Assembly: GCF_022045235.1 (NCBI RefSeq)
Contig: NW_027266264.1
Span: forward strand, 64,666,001 to 64,730,000
Length of the DNA: 64,000 nt
From: Haliotis cracherodii
Lineage: Eukaryota
Direction of reading: 5' to 3'
Part shown: positions 1-11,483 of the stretch, piece after piece
How positions within the stretch are numbered: the stretch's first letter is position 1
Layout: the number at the start of each line of letters is the position of its first letter
The notes under the pieces: generated by a model
Told to the model about the DNA's origin: nothing
Seen by the model: only the letters and a program-made list of their open reading frames with translations
Databases searched by the model: none
Program-made: the position numbers and the translations under genes

Positions 1-999
1 TGTCTTCCCACTGACTGGTTCATGGTGCAACATCCCCATCGCCTTCACAAACTGAGCAATATCTTTAGATCGTGGCTTCACTTTCGAGTTGCTGTGTGTA
101 CAAAGTCCCACAAAGGCTGACAGTAAGGACTGGGTCAACGGTTTGTGGTATACAGAGGCTGATGCATAAAATGCTGCAATATGCATCAAAACTGAAGGAT
201 TAATTGTTGTCTGAATGAAGGACAAAGTCAATATTTTGTCTGCAAAGTTTTGAAAGAAACTGAATTTGAAAAAGCTTGAATGGGACAATACTTTGGTTAT
301 ATTTATCAACATATTTTTCTCCACGAGTTCAAGTTCATCGACAAGTCTTTGACTGATTCGATCTAGAAGCTCATAAGATAATATTCGCACATTGCCTCGA
401 AAAAATCCAAGACAAATTAATCCTATATCATTGATGTGTAACATTTCCAGGTTAGTTGACAAATAATCTTCGACTTTTTTAAAAAGCATTGACGGTGCCC
501 TCCCGTGGAAATACACAAAATACATCAAATGGACGACAGTTTTGGGGGTGTAAGCACTGAAATCTGTATGCAGAGCATAATCAAACAGTCGAGGCAGGAA
601 CATTACTTCCATGTAGTTATGAGAAACATATACATCTGCAACTTGTAACGACTTGTCGAGTCCGATGTCATTGATGCGTGTACTGAATCCCTTCTCTACA
701 TCACGTCCAGCAGCCAAAGTTTTACTCAAATTGTTAATTTCACTTATCCAATCCTTTTCATCCACTGCATTCATGGATGCCCCATTCAATGTAGTGTTTA
801 TATCTGCCAGTATTGACTGTTTCTTCATAAACGTCAAGATTTTGTTGGCCACTCGGAATGGTACAGGGTTCCTCTCAAATCTGTCGTTCCCTGAGCGTTG
901 CTTGGTAGCAGCAGAGGCATGCCTGGGAGTGGCTGCACAGATGTTGTTGGGGAACTGACCCCTGCTGGCCAGCCTGGCAATGTTTCTTAGTGCCAACAT
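1..999 (-). CDS. FASTKD5: FAST kinase domain protein 5-like, paralogue A; first coding exon, open to the window edge (333 aa seen)
   Basis: Manual translation from ATG at 999 is stop-free to base 1: MLALRNIARLASRGQF... (Arg/Ala/Leu-rich, presequence-like), then VHLMYFVYFHGR, INDIGLICLGFFR and RSKDIAQFVKAMG. These match FASTKD5 motifs (VGTICLGFFK, RSKDVAK). A splice acceptor ttttcag lies just upstream (AG at 1061-1060). Confidence 0.85.
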   Translation of the reverse strand, partial: MLALRNIARLASRGQFPNNICAATPRHASAATKQRSGNDRFERNPVPFRVANKILTFMKKQSILADINTTLNGASMNAVDEKDWISEINNLSKTLAAGRDVEKGFSTRINDIGLDKSLQVADVYVSHNYMEVMFLPRLFDYALHTDFSAYTPKTVVHLMYFVYFHGRAPSMLFKKVEDYLSTNLEMLHINDIGLICLGFFRGNVRILSYELLDRISQRLVDELELVEKNMLINITKVLSHSSFFKFSFFQNFADKILTLSFIQTTINPSVLMHIAAFYASASVYHKPLTQSLLSAFVGLCTHSNSKVKPRSKDIAQFVKAMGMLHHEPVSGKT

Positions 1000-1599
1000 G
1001 TCGTCACTGACAATGTCTATAAGGGTACAGGATCGCCACTGCAGTCTTGTTCTGCAATACTGAAAAGACATGATGGAATAATACGATAAAATATGTTAAC
1101 ATCGTTACACATACTGAACACTTAGGAATACTAAGATTAGACAGTTAAATAAAGAGAATCTAGACTAGGGCTTAACTGTCAGTCTGTGAGTGAGTGAGTG
1201 AGTAACTTTCATGTCAATCTCAATTCGTATTGTGTAGACAGGCTATCATATTGCATTGCAATTACTATCAAGATCAGTATCATGTCATGACAAAGTGTTT
1301 AATTACAGCCCTAGTTTCGATGGACATTTGTTAAATAAGCATAGCAATTAGCATTAGCAGCTATCTAAAAATAGCCTCCTAAAACGTCCACATCAACAAC
1401 TGGTCACATCTATCTCAGTACACTAGAAACTTTCATCATGGACACTTAATACATCTCCATCAGTCTGCTTGTTTACTCTGCTTGTATACTCTGTGTTCAT
1501 TAGTCATCCACTGGCTTCCAATTAGCTTAATCACCATCAACTAGTCACTGTAACAACTTAGATGTCAATAAGTGTATATATACCTATGTTGTTTAGCCC

Positions 1600-1690
1600 T
1601 ATCCATCACTTGCTTGATAAAGGTGTTATGATCTACACCGAAACGTCGCACTAATTGTAATAAAGAAGTTGTTCATCCATAGAACTTGTC
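1600..1690 (+). mobile_element. Penelope-like terminal-repeat remnant with minimal hammerhead-like motif
   Basis: TGC-TTGATAA-GGTGT..ACACC-GAAACGTC-GCA, followed by aataaagaagttgttcatccat, a tail shared with the element at 63342. Confidence 0.55.
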
Positions 1691-1786
1691 TTACTTCATC
1701 ACTCCAACTTCTAAATGCCACTCAAAGAAGTGACACTTAATACGTCTATAGGCTATTTAGGGTCCATGCTTTCATTTACAATTTAG

Positions 1787-1950
1787 ACACAAGAACTCGA
1801 TGATAGCGTGTATAACATAATTTATTCGTAAAGAAAAAAATCACACCCTTCTATAAACATATAGACATATGTTTATGGAAGGGTGTGATTTTTTTCTTTA
1901 CGAATATATTATGTTTTACACACGTACGCTATCATCGAGTTCCTGTGAAT
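1787..1950. repeat. Foldback/MITE-like palindrome
   Basis: Arms aactcgatgatagcgt...cacaccctt and aagggtgtg...acgctatcatcgagtt. Confidence 0.7.
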
Positions 1951-4058
1951 TTAGGCAACCACTGCATGGGGACTGATATGTCGAGGTGTGCTGAGTCATC
2001 AAAAGCTTGCAAAGCCACGACGACTCCAAGTCACAATTAACTTATCCAGCAGCTTACTCTGTTACCAAATTACATAATGCTGATCATGTTGTTTCATAAC
2101 GTAAAATCGTAAACATACTAAGATTGAGGACTTCGTATGTCCTTGTGAGATTTTGTAGAACTATCGTTCCGTGGCGCATCGGGTGAGGAATGAAAAGAAT
2201 TCTTACTGAAACTTTTGCAAGATGTCAACTGTCTACTTATCTTACCGTTTCTGTGATCAACCGATGAGAGCGGCCTGCTCTAAAAGTCAAGCATCACGAA
2301 AAGCAATATTCAGACAGAAGCTGTTTCCACGCGAGATTGCAAGCTCCAAACAGCGTGATCTTTATCTTCGAATGTACAGTGTGTTGACGAGGCCGATACC
2401 AAGCGTTGGGGTGGAGCTTGATGGTTATCTAATGTAAGCTGGGCCCCGTCTCTAATATCACAATATAGCTTGGCGCAAGTTGACGACGCGCACAGAGAGC
2501 CGGGAACCAGCTTATATCTAATGCATACTGGGATCCGGGAGTAAACAAACTCGATGCATTGGAGCATCGGGGCACAATAAAAAAGTTACCATTCTCTTAT
2601 CATAAAGAACACAATTAGCATCAATCAGTGTCATGAACTCTGATTTATTATGATTGCAAGGTCGAGAAAATATATTATTTTCAAGCTCCTATCAGCGCCT
2701 GACAAGTTATTTCAAGCTTCTCACAGCGATTGCCCATTCGCGGAGCTCTCTACCGGTAGTGTAACGAAGGTTTAACGCGCTGGGAAGGAGTTTTAAGTTC
2801 GTGATACCAATGTGAGGAGATTAGGCTTTTTATAACTAGGATGGGCTACGTAATTGTGCGCTGCAATTTGCGATAACTAGTTTAGAAGAAAACCGTGAGC
2901 TCAAAACATCATCATATGCAGTACCGCTGTGGTGCACAAGGAGAGCCGAGGAAGGTACACACGCTGCGCTAGAGCTTAGCAATACTCACCACGAGGAAGC
3001 TTAACTGGTTCCTCTGTTGGAATGCGTTGCCGCATTCACATATTTAGAAATAGGTTTTTGGAGACAAACTCAAGTCTAAAAGAAGCGTTGATAGACATGT
3101 GAAGGTTACGGGAATCCAACATCAACAGTCTCATACCGGCAGGTAGATCTAGTTACCGTTATGACAGCCTCTATTTGCGATAAGTACTGACAGTGTGTGG
3201 AATTGAGACGCATTAGCGGGGCTGACTTCCGAGATCGTGAATGCAGTAGACCTGTATGTAATTTGATTGAAGGAGATCGAGGCAACAACACTGACCTATG
3301 TCACGAATCATTGACCGCTTATTGACTGCAAGGCACATCAGTTAGTTAATCTAAATGTATACACATGTTGCTGTCGACATGACCAATGCCGTATAACACC
3401 TGTAGATTGTCTTGCCAAGACTGACAGAACTACAAGATTCATTCACTCACTCATGTTTGTTTGTTAATATCGCAATCAGCGATATTCGTATGCCCACGGT
3501 CTGTAAATAATCAAATCTGGATCAGACTTTCTAGTAACATGACACTAGATCCTCCATTTGGGACATGACATGCATCAACCATGCAGCTTGTTGAGGCTGA
3601 GTCTGCCCACATGAACCATTTAGCCACCTCTCACGACAAGCATAGGACCGATTCCGGGGTAGAACTGGTCTTCATGAATTGATAATGACCTGTTTGATCA
3701 CATATAATACGCGAGTTTCCTCCTCAGCTTAAGCCTGCATCTCTTGTCATCCCTTTGCTCGGGACCCGTGAAGATTCCGGGGTAGAATGGGTCTTCAGGA
3801 GCCCATGCTTGCTGTAAAAGGTGACGCGTGGATTGATGCTCATGTTGTCAATCACTGGATTGTCCGGCCCAGACTCAGTTATTTACAGACCGCTGTCATA
3901 TAGGTTTAATATTGCTGAGTGCGGCGTTAAACAACAAACAATGCGAACCTCTCCATTTAAAACAGCTGTATTGGTACTTGATAAGAGGAGAGAATAATGG
4001 CAGATCTAGTGAATGAGGACATGTTTCCTACATTTCAGGGGCCCAGTAACATGTGGAC

Positions 4059-5562
4059 ATGAAGGTGTCATCTTTATACAAGTTGACGTGCCAGTATGGC
4101 CAAGCATTTAGGAGAGCTTGGATCCTGCATGGGTCCAGATGCAAGTCAGAATACCTACAACTCTCCCGCTGTTCCTCGTCAGTTTCATCAGGGAGAGGTC
4201 CTGGCCCAAGGACGGGTTCCCATCTTCACACAGCTCCGATCAAGCGTCCAGGCTCGGTGGCAGATTTCATTACCATGCAAGGGTTACAAGTTACAGACAA
4301 CGCACTAGCCAAAACACGTGAATTTGAAAACGAGTACTATCATTTTTACTTGGAACAGTCTGAGTTTAGGGAATATTTTCTGTCTGGAAGTCTCAAGGAT
4401 TCTTTCCAGCACCCAGATGCAAAACCATCTTCGCAGGTTTGGGAAAATAAACATTGTGAAAGTACGAACAGTGCTGATCAAATTGTATCTGAGCATGTAA
4501 GGCAGTTGTGGGAAGCGTCAGAAAGGCAAGACACAGATTCTGTGATAAAGTCAATGTGTGAACTGTCCAGATACCTAACTACAGAATTACCTGTCGTCAA
4601 TGACGATACATTGTTACAATGCATGAGAAATATCATAAAATACCCATTCCGAGACTGCCTCACAGGAGAGTCTAGAGTCCTTCGCTTAGAGATTGCAACT
4701 TTATTTCAGAAGGAATTCCTGAGAAGACATTCCGAATGGGACATGAAGACATATTTCCTCGCTGCAGACTTTCACTACCATTTTCGACTAAGTTACAGCA
4801 TAAGCCGCTTCATGAAGTCCTTTTTCAACCTTATGCAGAAAAACATTCACGACCTTTCTCACGGAGACCTCGTTGTTCTTATGTATCACGTGTCCCTCTA
4901 CCGAAAAATGTCCAGGTACACGTTGTTGTTACTCGTTGAAATAATTTCGGCAAGACTCTCTGAGTTTAACGCCCAAACCATTGGCATCGTTTGTTTAGGC
5001 CTTTTCAAATCAGAGTGGTATTGTCCGAATAAACAGCTTTTAAACAAGATCATTGATTTATCAGGAGGCATCGTCAATGAGCTAGATGATGTTTCCCTGA
5101 CAGCTCTTCTTAAGTATCTGCGGAGGTACACACACAGACGAATGATATTTGCTGTACCAGATAAGTACCAGACATTAATAGATCTCCAACCAGTGCTTCA
5201 AGCCCGTATGCAAGACACTCATCACAGCACTCTGATAAACATTGTTCATCTTTACGAACATCTCAACGATATATCTGCAGATATGATTCAGGAATTGTGT
5301 AGAATTCTGTTAAAAGAAGATTTGGAAAGTTGGCGCCTCAAGGATCTCGCCAAGTTTTGCTCCATGGTTGGGAGGTTATCGTTCCCTGTTCAAGGACGAA
5401 GAGAAGCCTTTAAGAAAATAGTATTGGAGTTGGCTTCCAATAGGCGTGCCATTGAGATGAGAACATTCATGCCATCATTTGTAGCTTGTCTTCGTGGAAT
5501 GTCTCTTGATGGATTCTACCCACTGGAGTTGATTAGTCAGCTGTTCAGCACTACAGAGGGAT
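4059..5562 (+). CDS. FASTKD5: FASTKD5-like B coding exon 1
   Basis: Acceptor ttcag ends at 4038, ATG at 4059; donor GTGAGT at 5563, with an alternative GTAAGT at 5569. Confidence 0.88.
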
Positions 5563-8500
5563 GTGAGTGTAAGTGTCCTTATGTTTTGCTTTGTGTTTTT
5601 TTTTTAGTTGATGCAAGACTCAGCAATATTCCAGATATATCATGGCATCCTATAAATAATCAAATCTGGGCCAGACAAACCAGTGATTGATATTCTGAGC
5701 AACATCCCACATGGTAGGGATACAATGACACGCAATCAGCCATTCAGTTGCCGTTTGGACAACCATAGGTTGCTAAGGACTTAATCTAACCTGGAATCCC
5801 CACAGTGTTTCGAGGTTAATAGAAAGTGTTATGATTTTTAGATAAAGTACTAGAGCTTCAAAATCCATTATAAAATTATGTACTTTATATTTCTATTGCA
5901 CGATTGTTAAGAAAGTTTGTAAAACGACAATCCATTAAGAGATTAAGATTCCAGTCTAGTTGTCGCAAGTCGTATATTTTTATAAGTAATGACACTCCAG
6001 AACCCATCACGCCCATGCTTGTCTCTTCTTTTGGGTTCCGGGCAGTATTAGTGACATAGCGCCTGTGCATAGTGCTTGTTATGACCATAATAAGGGAATA
6101 GATACAGTCCTAAGATCAAAGTGAGTGAGTTGGGTTTTACGCCACTTTTAACAGTATTCCAGTTATATCACGGCGTGTCAGCTTAATGTGGGAGGAAAGC
6201 CCGAAAGGGTGCAGGTCTCAGACGTTTACCACTTCAGTGAAACCCACGAGCACGGGTATGGTGCTGACAAATCTAGAAACATAATCGGGGCGAACCGTCT
6301 AAGATCAAAGGAGCAGTGGGGTAGCCTTGTGGTTAAAGCGTTTGCTTGTTACATCAAAGACCTGGGTTCGATTCCCTACATGGGTACAATGTGTGAAGCC
6401 CATTTCTGGTGTTCCCCGCCATGATATTGCTGGAATATTGCTAAAAGTAGCATAAAACCATACTCATTCCAAAAGATCAAACCACCAACCCCAATAATAA
6501 ATAACCACTCCTTAAGAACCAACTAATAAGGATTGGGTGGCTGTTATTGTGTGTCATCTGCTCATGCCATCATCCACTGGTTTACCTAGTCAGCAACATG
6601 GAGTCACACTACACAAGTAAAAGGGATATGTCATCTCCCAACTATTTTGAACTGAGAAAGTATTGCCTCATGTCTCTGTACACAGATCGGATACACATTG
6701 GCCAGAACCTGTACCACGTGTCGGAGAGCGTGAAGATCGAGGTCCCCCACTACACGGGACCGTTCCTAGCTGACCAGGGACAGATCGCTCTTGGCAGGGT
6801 ATGCTTACTACATGATCACAGACAGAATTTTGGGATGTTTTGTTTTGTTTAATTATAGGCACTGCAATTCGTAGAGAGGAGTTTTGTTATAAGCTAAGCA
6901 TGTTAAGTGGGTCAGAAATCTATGATCATGAGTTTGAATCCTGGAATCGCCATGATTATATTTCTTGAAACCTCTGCTTATGGGTGTTTACCTAACACGT
7001 CAACAGTCGCAGACGTAACGTGTACGCGTGACGGCTCTGCTGTCTCTTGTACGCGAGACGGGTGCGGTCCGCAGTACTCAGTGAAGAGCTTGATACTAAT
7101 TATTTCAATCACCAAAGTGGTAAGCATCTGAGACCTGCATCACTTTCAGCTGTTCCTCCACATAAACATGATGAAGCTGATACGCCGTGATATAGCTGGA
7201 ATACTGTTCACAGTAGCTTAAACTAAGATCACTCACCATTTCAGTTCCAAGTTGGCAGTATTAGGCATGCCTGGTAATACTACAGTATTGTCAAATCTAG
7301 ACCTCAACCATGGAATCAGGAGATAGTGAGTGAGTAAGTGAGTTGGGTTTAATGCTGCTTTTAGCACTATTCCAGTTTTATCATGGCATGTCAGCTTAAT
7401 GTGGCAGGAGAGCCCGAAGTGATGCAAGTCTGAGACATTACAACTTTGGTGAAACCTACAAGCACGAGTATGGTGCTGACAATCCTGGAAACATAATCGG
7501 AGCGAACTGGGATTCGAACCCACAATCATAGGTTACTGGCATATGCATGGCCAAGGGATGCAACTCTGTACAAGAACAATACATCCAAACGTTTTATTCT
7601 TACTTCTGATAGGTGAGCATTTATTTATTAATAATACAATGGCTGCAGGGATACATGTGTGCATTAGGATTGTTTTCTGTACCAACATGAAAAAAATAAT
7701 TAAAATATGAAAATCTGTACTTTACTAAGAAAGTGTTATCACAAATACATGAATATTCCTGTTAGTCATTTCATTGGTAGGTCATAGTTTGCGAAAGGTT
7801 GTTCTGACGTGACCTGTTATTGGATGTCCTAGCCGATAGCTCGGGCAGATAACCACAGAGTATGCTGATCACTGTGTCGGATTAACGAGACTGATTAATG
7901 ATTGATTTCGGTAATTCATTGCAAATTAGGTGTGTCAGCATCAGAGTGCGAGACTGTCGGATGAACGGGTCTAAATAGCACTGATTTAATAGGTTCCCAT
8001 CATTAGTGTCGATAAAGCCAATTGTCGGATTTACGAGTGTCAGATTAACTAGACGTGACTGTATATATAACATAACATTTGTTACATCACCATGATCAAC
8101 ACAATTGGTATTGAATACACTATTCTGATTTTTAAATATGCTTTCAGTGCAGGAAGTATGAGTCTGTTCAACAAAAGCAAAACCAGAAAAAAGTAGAAAG
8201 AGAAGACTTGACAAATGAACTGATCTGCTTGTACTCGAATATCCTCGGTGGGAAAGAGTATGTGCATCTTGGCACACTCCTTTCTCACTACAATACCCCT
8301 GGTGAGTACCGTCCTCTAGCTGCCTCCACGGTGATTAGTGTACAGGCAGTGTGTGACAAACTCACTTGAAAACACTACCTCTGAGTTATATCGGGGCGGT
8401 CGGGTAGCCTAGTGGTTAAAGCGTTTGCTCGTCACGCCGAAGACCCGGGTTCGATTCCCGACATGAGTACAATGTGTGAAGCCCATTTCTGGTGTCCCCC

Positions 8501-11400
8501 GCCATGATATTGCTGGAATATTGCTAAAAGCGGCGTAAATCCATATATATACATATAAAACCGGTATATAACAGTGTGTCAGTGAGGGAAAAGGCCTAAA
8601 GAGATGCAAGCCCGAGACAGTTTCCAATTTGGTGAAGGCCCCTAGCATGGTACGGTACTGACAAAACAAGTATCTGAAATTAATAACCATGATCATAGGA
8701 TGCTGGAGTATCTAAGGGAGATAACTCTACATGGATAGGAGGACAATCAGGATAGGAGGAGACTTAATACTGGCAACAACACTGATAGGTTTTCATTGCT
8801 GAAGTGACTTGCTGGTAAGCAAAATCTAGGAAAACTCTCCTCACATCTGTGGTCAACCAGTCTTAAAATGAAACCTAGTGCTCCGATTATCAGGATCGAA
8901 ACAACTCTATGTACACATCTCTTGGTGGGGAGGTGCACAATTGGATGTGTTGTACAATGTACGTAATTGAGTATTAATCTAATTTGAACCTCACAGTCAA
9001 GGTTAGTGAATATTTTACACACTGACAAAGAATGAACTTTAACATTACATCTGTTAGAACACATATGCACATGCAAATGAGTATGTGGGCACATGGAACT
9101 TGTATTATGTCTATTGTAAAACAGGTGATGCATGGATATGAACAGCTGTGACGAGCTATAGAGCTTGTGTGTAATATGATTTACTGTACCCGCCTACTTG
9201 CAATGATTGTTTTGATAATCTGCAACCAGTTGCTTTTAACTTCGTACACATCCCCCTCCTCCTACGAACTTGATTGTAAAATCTATAGCTTCAAATCTTG
9301 GTGAAAACATTTCTTTTTACTGTAACAGTATTTTAATCATTATGCGATATTTACATCCCAAATCGTGGTACACAATTCTTAGTCGTTAGGTGAATACATC
9401 TAGAGATTCAGGGTTATCCTTTTGATTTTGTCATCATGACATGCAGGAGTGGACTTCGTGTTTCAGACATTGAACTGAGACTTGATTCTCACGGGACAGC
9501 GATACCCGTAGCTGAATGGACCACTCAGGCAGCCAACAAGAATCAAAGGCCACATGTCAAGTATGTCAGAGACTTTACTCAGCTTTCATGTTGGTACCTA
9601 TTTGAGGTTATTTGAAATGGGTATTTAACGTTGCATCCAAGATTATTGCACTTATACTACTCAAAAGAAGTTAAGGATCACGTGATTCTTTCATATTACA
9701 ATAGTTAATCTCTCACGCCATGACAGATTAACATTACCAATAGGAAAGAATGGGGTGATTCTTAACTTCTTTTGAGTAGTTTATATTGCCTGTATAGTGT
9801 GTTGATGTCAGCAAATGATTTGTATTGGGGTTTTGGTGCATGGTTTCAGCTCCTATGGGGATTCCAGGCTAGAACAGGTCCCCAGCAACCTATGCTTGTA
9901 CGCAGAGGGTAAATGAAACGGGTGATCTGACTGTGATTTGGTTGATTGCATACCATTGTACCCTGACAGCATGGGACGTCACTCGTAACATCCATTCCTA
10001 TTTTGTCTGGTCCAGACTCGTTAGTTTTAGGCCACCACTGTGGCGGGAATATTGTTAAAAGTGTGCTGTCAGACAACAGAAGGCATGTCTTTACCTTGTG
10101 CACACCTGGTCCTGTCTGTGGTTGCAGAGTGGCAGTGCTGCTGTATCCCTTCAACGCCATCTACCTACTGCGGAGGCTGCAGGGAGACGTGGAGATGCAT
10201 GTGTCCGGCTACTATCTGTGTAAAGCAAGGCAACTCAGGCAACTTGGCTATCAAGTCGTGGAGGTATGGCTGGGATGAATCACTGTCTATAACTGGGTTT
10301 ACTGAAGGAGAACAGGATGGGACTATAACATGATAAATACTCACACAAGATACAACTGCCCCGTGAAGATCAGGGGTAGAATAGGTCTTCAGCAACCCAT
10401 GCTTTGCTGTAAAAGGTGACTATGCTTGTCGTAAGAGGCAAATACGTAACAGGATCGGTAGGTCAGTCTTGGTGACTCAGCTGATGCATGTCATCGTATC
10501 CCAATTACGTATATCAATGCTCATGATCACAATGATTGGATTGTCTGGTCCAGACTCAATTATTTACAGACTGCCATAGTATAGCTGGAATATTGCCGAG
10601 TGTGGTGTTAAACAAATAACAAATCAAACCAAACAAGCAACAACCTAACGAATCCTGAAGGCCTCAAAATATCTTTATCATGCCCAGTTCTCTTGAATAT
10701 CCCGATATCTCGATGTTACGAGACAGTCCTGTTAGGGTTTGACTGTATATGTAGGAGCAGCTCTTTAACAATTTTATCCTGCATGCATAGCTGTTCAACC
10801 CCATGGGGAACCGGGGCAGAATAGATCCCAGCATCCTTTGCATGGGGTGGTTATCACTATATCAGCTGATGCCCACTGAGTAGATGTTGCTCACAACATC
10901 AATCACTGGTTTATGGTTTATCTGGGCGAGACTTGATTATTAACAGGCTGCTGGACATAGCTGGAGTATTGCTGATTGTGGTGTAAGATTTGATTTGATA
11001 AACGTACTAGTGGTGAACACAGTTCTGAAGAACACTTGTTTGCTTCCTACCCTAGATATGTAGAACGGGAACGGGTGGTCAGGCTCGCTGACTTGGTTGA
11101 TGCATGTCATCAGTCCCAATAGCATTGATCGATGCTCATGATGTCAATTACTGGATTGTCTGGTACAGACTCGATTATATACATATAGCTGGAATATTGC
11201 TGAGTGCAGCATTAACAACAAAAGAAAAAAACAACCCAAAAAACAACCTAGATATGTTCTGTGTTGGGCTATAATTCTGCATGATCTTCAGGTTTTCTGC
11301 TCTAATAACTCTTTTGTTGTCACAGATTCCTCACTATGAGTTTCAAGAAGCACAGGATAAGCAGTCCTACCTCAAACAGAAGTACTTGGAGCGATCATGA
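4059..11400 (+). CDS. FASTKD5: FAST kinase domain protein 5-like, paralogue B; spliced CDS join(4059..5562 or 5568, 6686..6798, 8148..8301, 9467..9560, 10128..10263, 11326..11400), about 691 aa
   Basis: All introns are GT-AG with consistent phases (1,0,1,2,0). Motifs IGIVCLGLFK, RLKDLAKF, FYPLELI, VKIEVPHYTG, ILGGKEYV, PDIELRLD and the RAP-domain end KARQLRQLGYQVVEIPHYEF are collinear with vertebrate FASTKD5. Confidence 0.9.
6686..6798 (+). CDS. FASTKD5: FASTKD5-like B coding exon 2
   Basis: acag|AT...AGG|gtatgc; encodes RIHIGQNLYHVSESVKIEVPHYTGPFL. Confidence 0.85.
8148..8301 (+). CDS. FASTKD5: FASTKD5-like B coding exon 3
   Basis: tttcag|TGC...CCTG|gtgagt; encodes NILGGKEYVHLGTLLSHYNTP. 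Confidence 0.85.
8392..8540 (+). mobile_element. tRNA-derived SINE family A
   Basis: A box tagcctagtgg, B box ggttcgattcc; other copies at about 6315-6470(+), 43138(+), 61784(-) and a partial near 44245-44340(-). Confidence 0.85.
9467..9560 (+). CDS. FASTKD5: FASTKD5-like B coding exon 4
   Basis: tttcag|AC...TCAA|gtatgt; encodes (D)IELRLDSHGTAIP. Confidence 0.83.
9656..9782. mobile_element. Tc1/mariner-like MITE
   Basis: TIRs ctactcaaaagaagttaaggatcac and gtgattcttaacttcttttgagtag. Confidence 0.65.
10128..10263 (+). CDS. FASTKD5: FASTKD5-like B coding exon 5 (RAP domain)
   Basis: ttgcag|A GTG GCA...GAG|gtatgg; encodes VAVLLYP...KARQLRQLGYQVVE. Confidence 0.87.
11326..11400 (+). CDS. FASTKD5: FASTKD5-like B last coding exon
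   Basis: cacag|ATT; encodes IPHYEFQEAQDKQSYLKQKYLERS*, completing the RAP domain. Confidence 0.87.
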   Translation: MPHYEFQEAQDKQSYLKQKYLERS

Positions 11401-11483
11401 CAGCATGGTAATGCTGCATAGCAGATGGCCAAACCAAACTTACCACTGTTTGCAACCTCTATTCAGTGGACAACAGGATATCA

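Noticed and set aside
653-958. 101-aa plus-strand ORF
   Set aside because: Antisense shadow of the minus-strand FASTKD5-like exon.
8392-8470. tRNA gene candidates at SINE heads (also 61880-61949 and 63125-63200)
   Set aside because: They continue into shared SINE bodies and tails, some with TSDs, and lack a proper acceptor stem and poly-T terminator.
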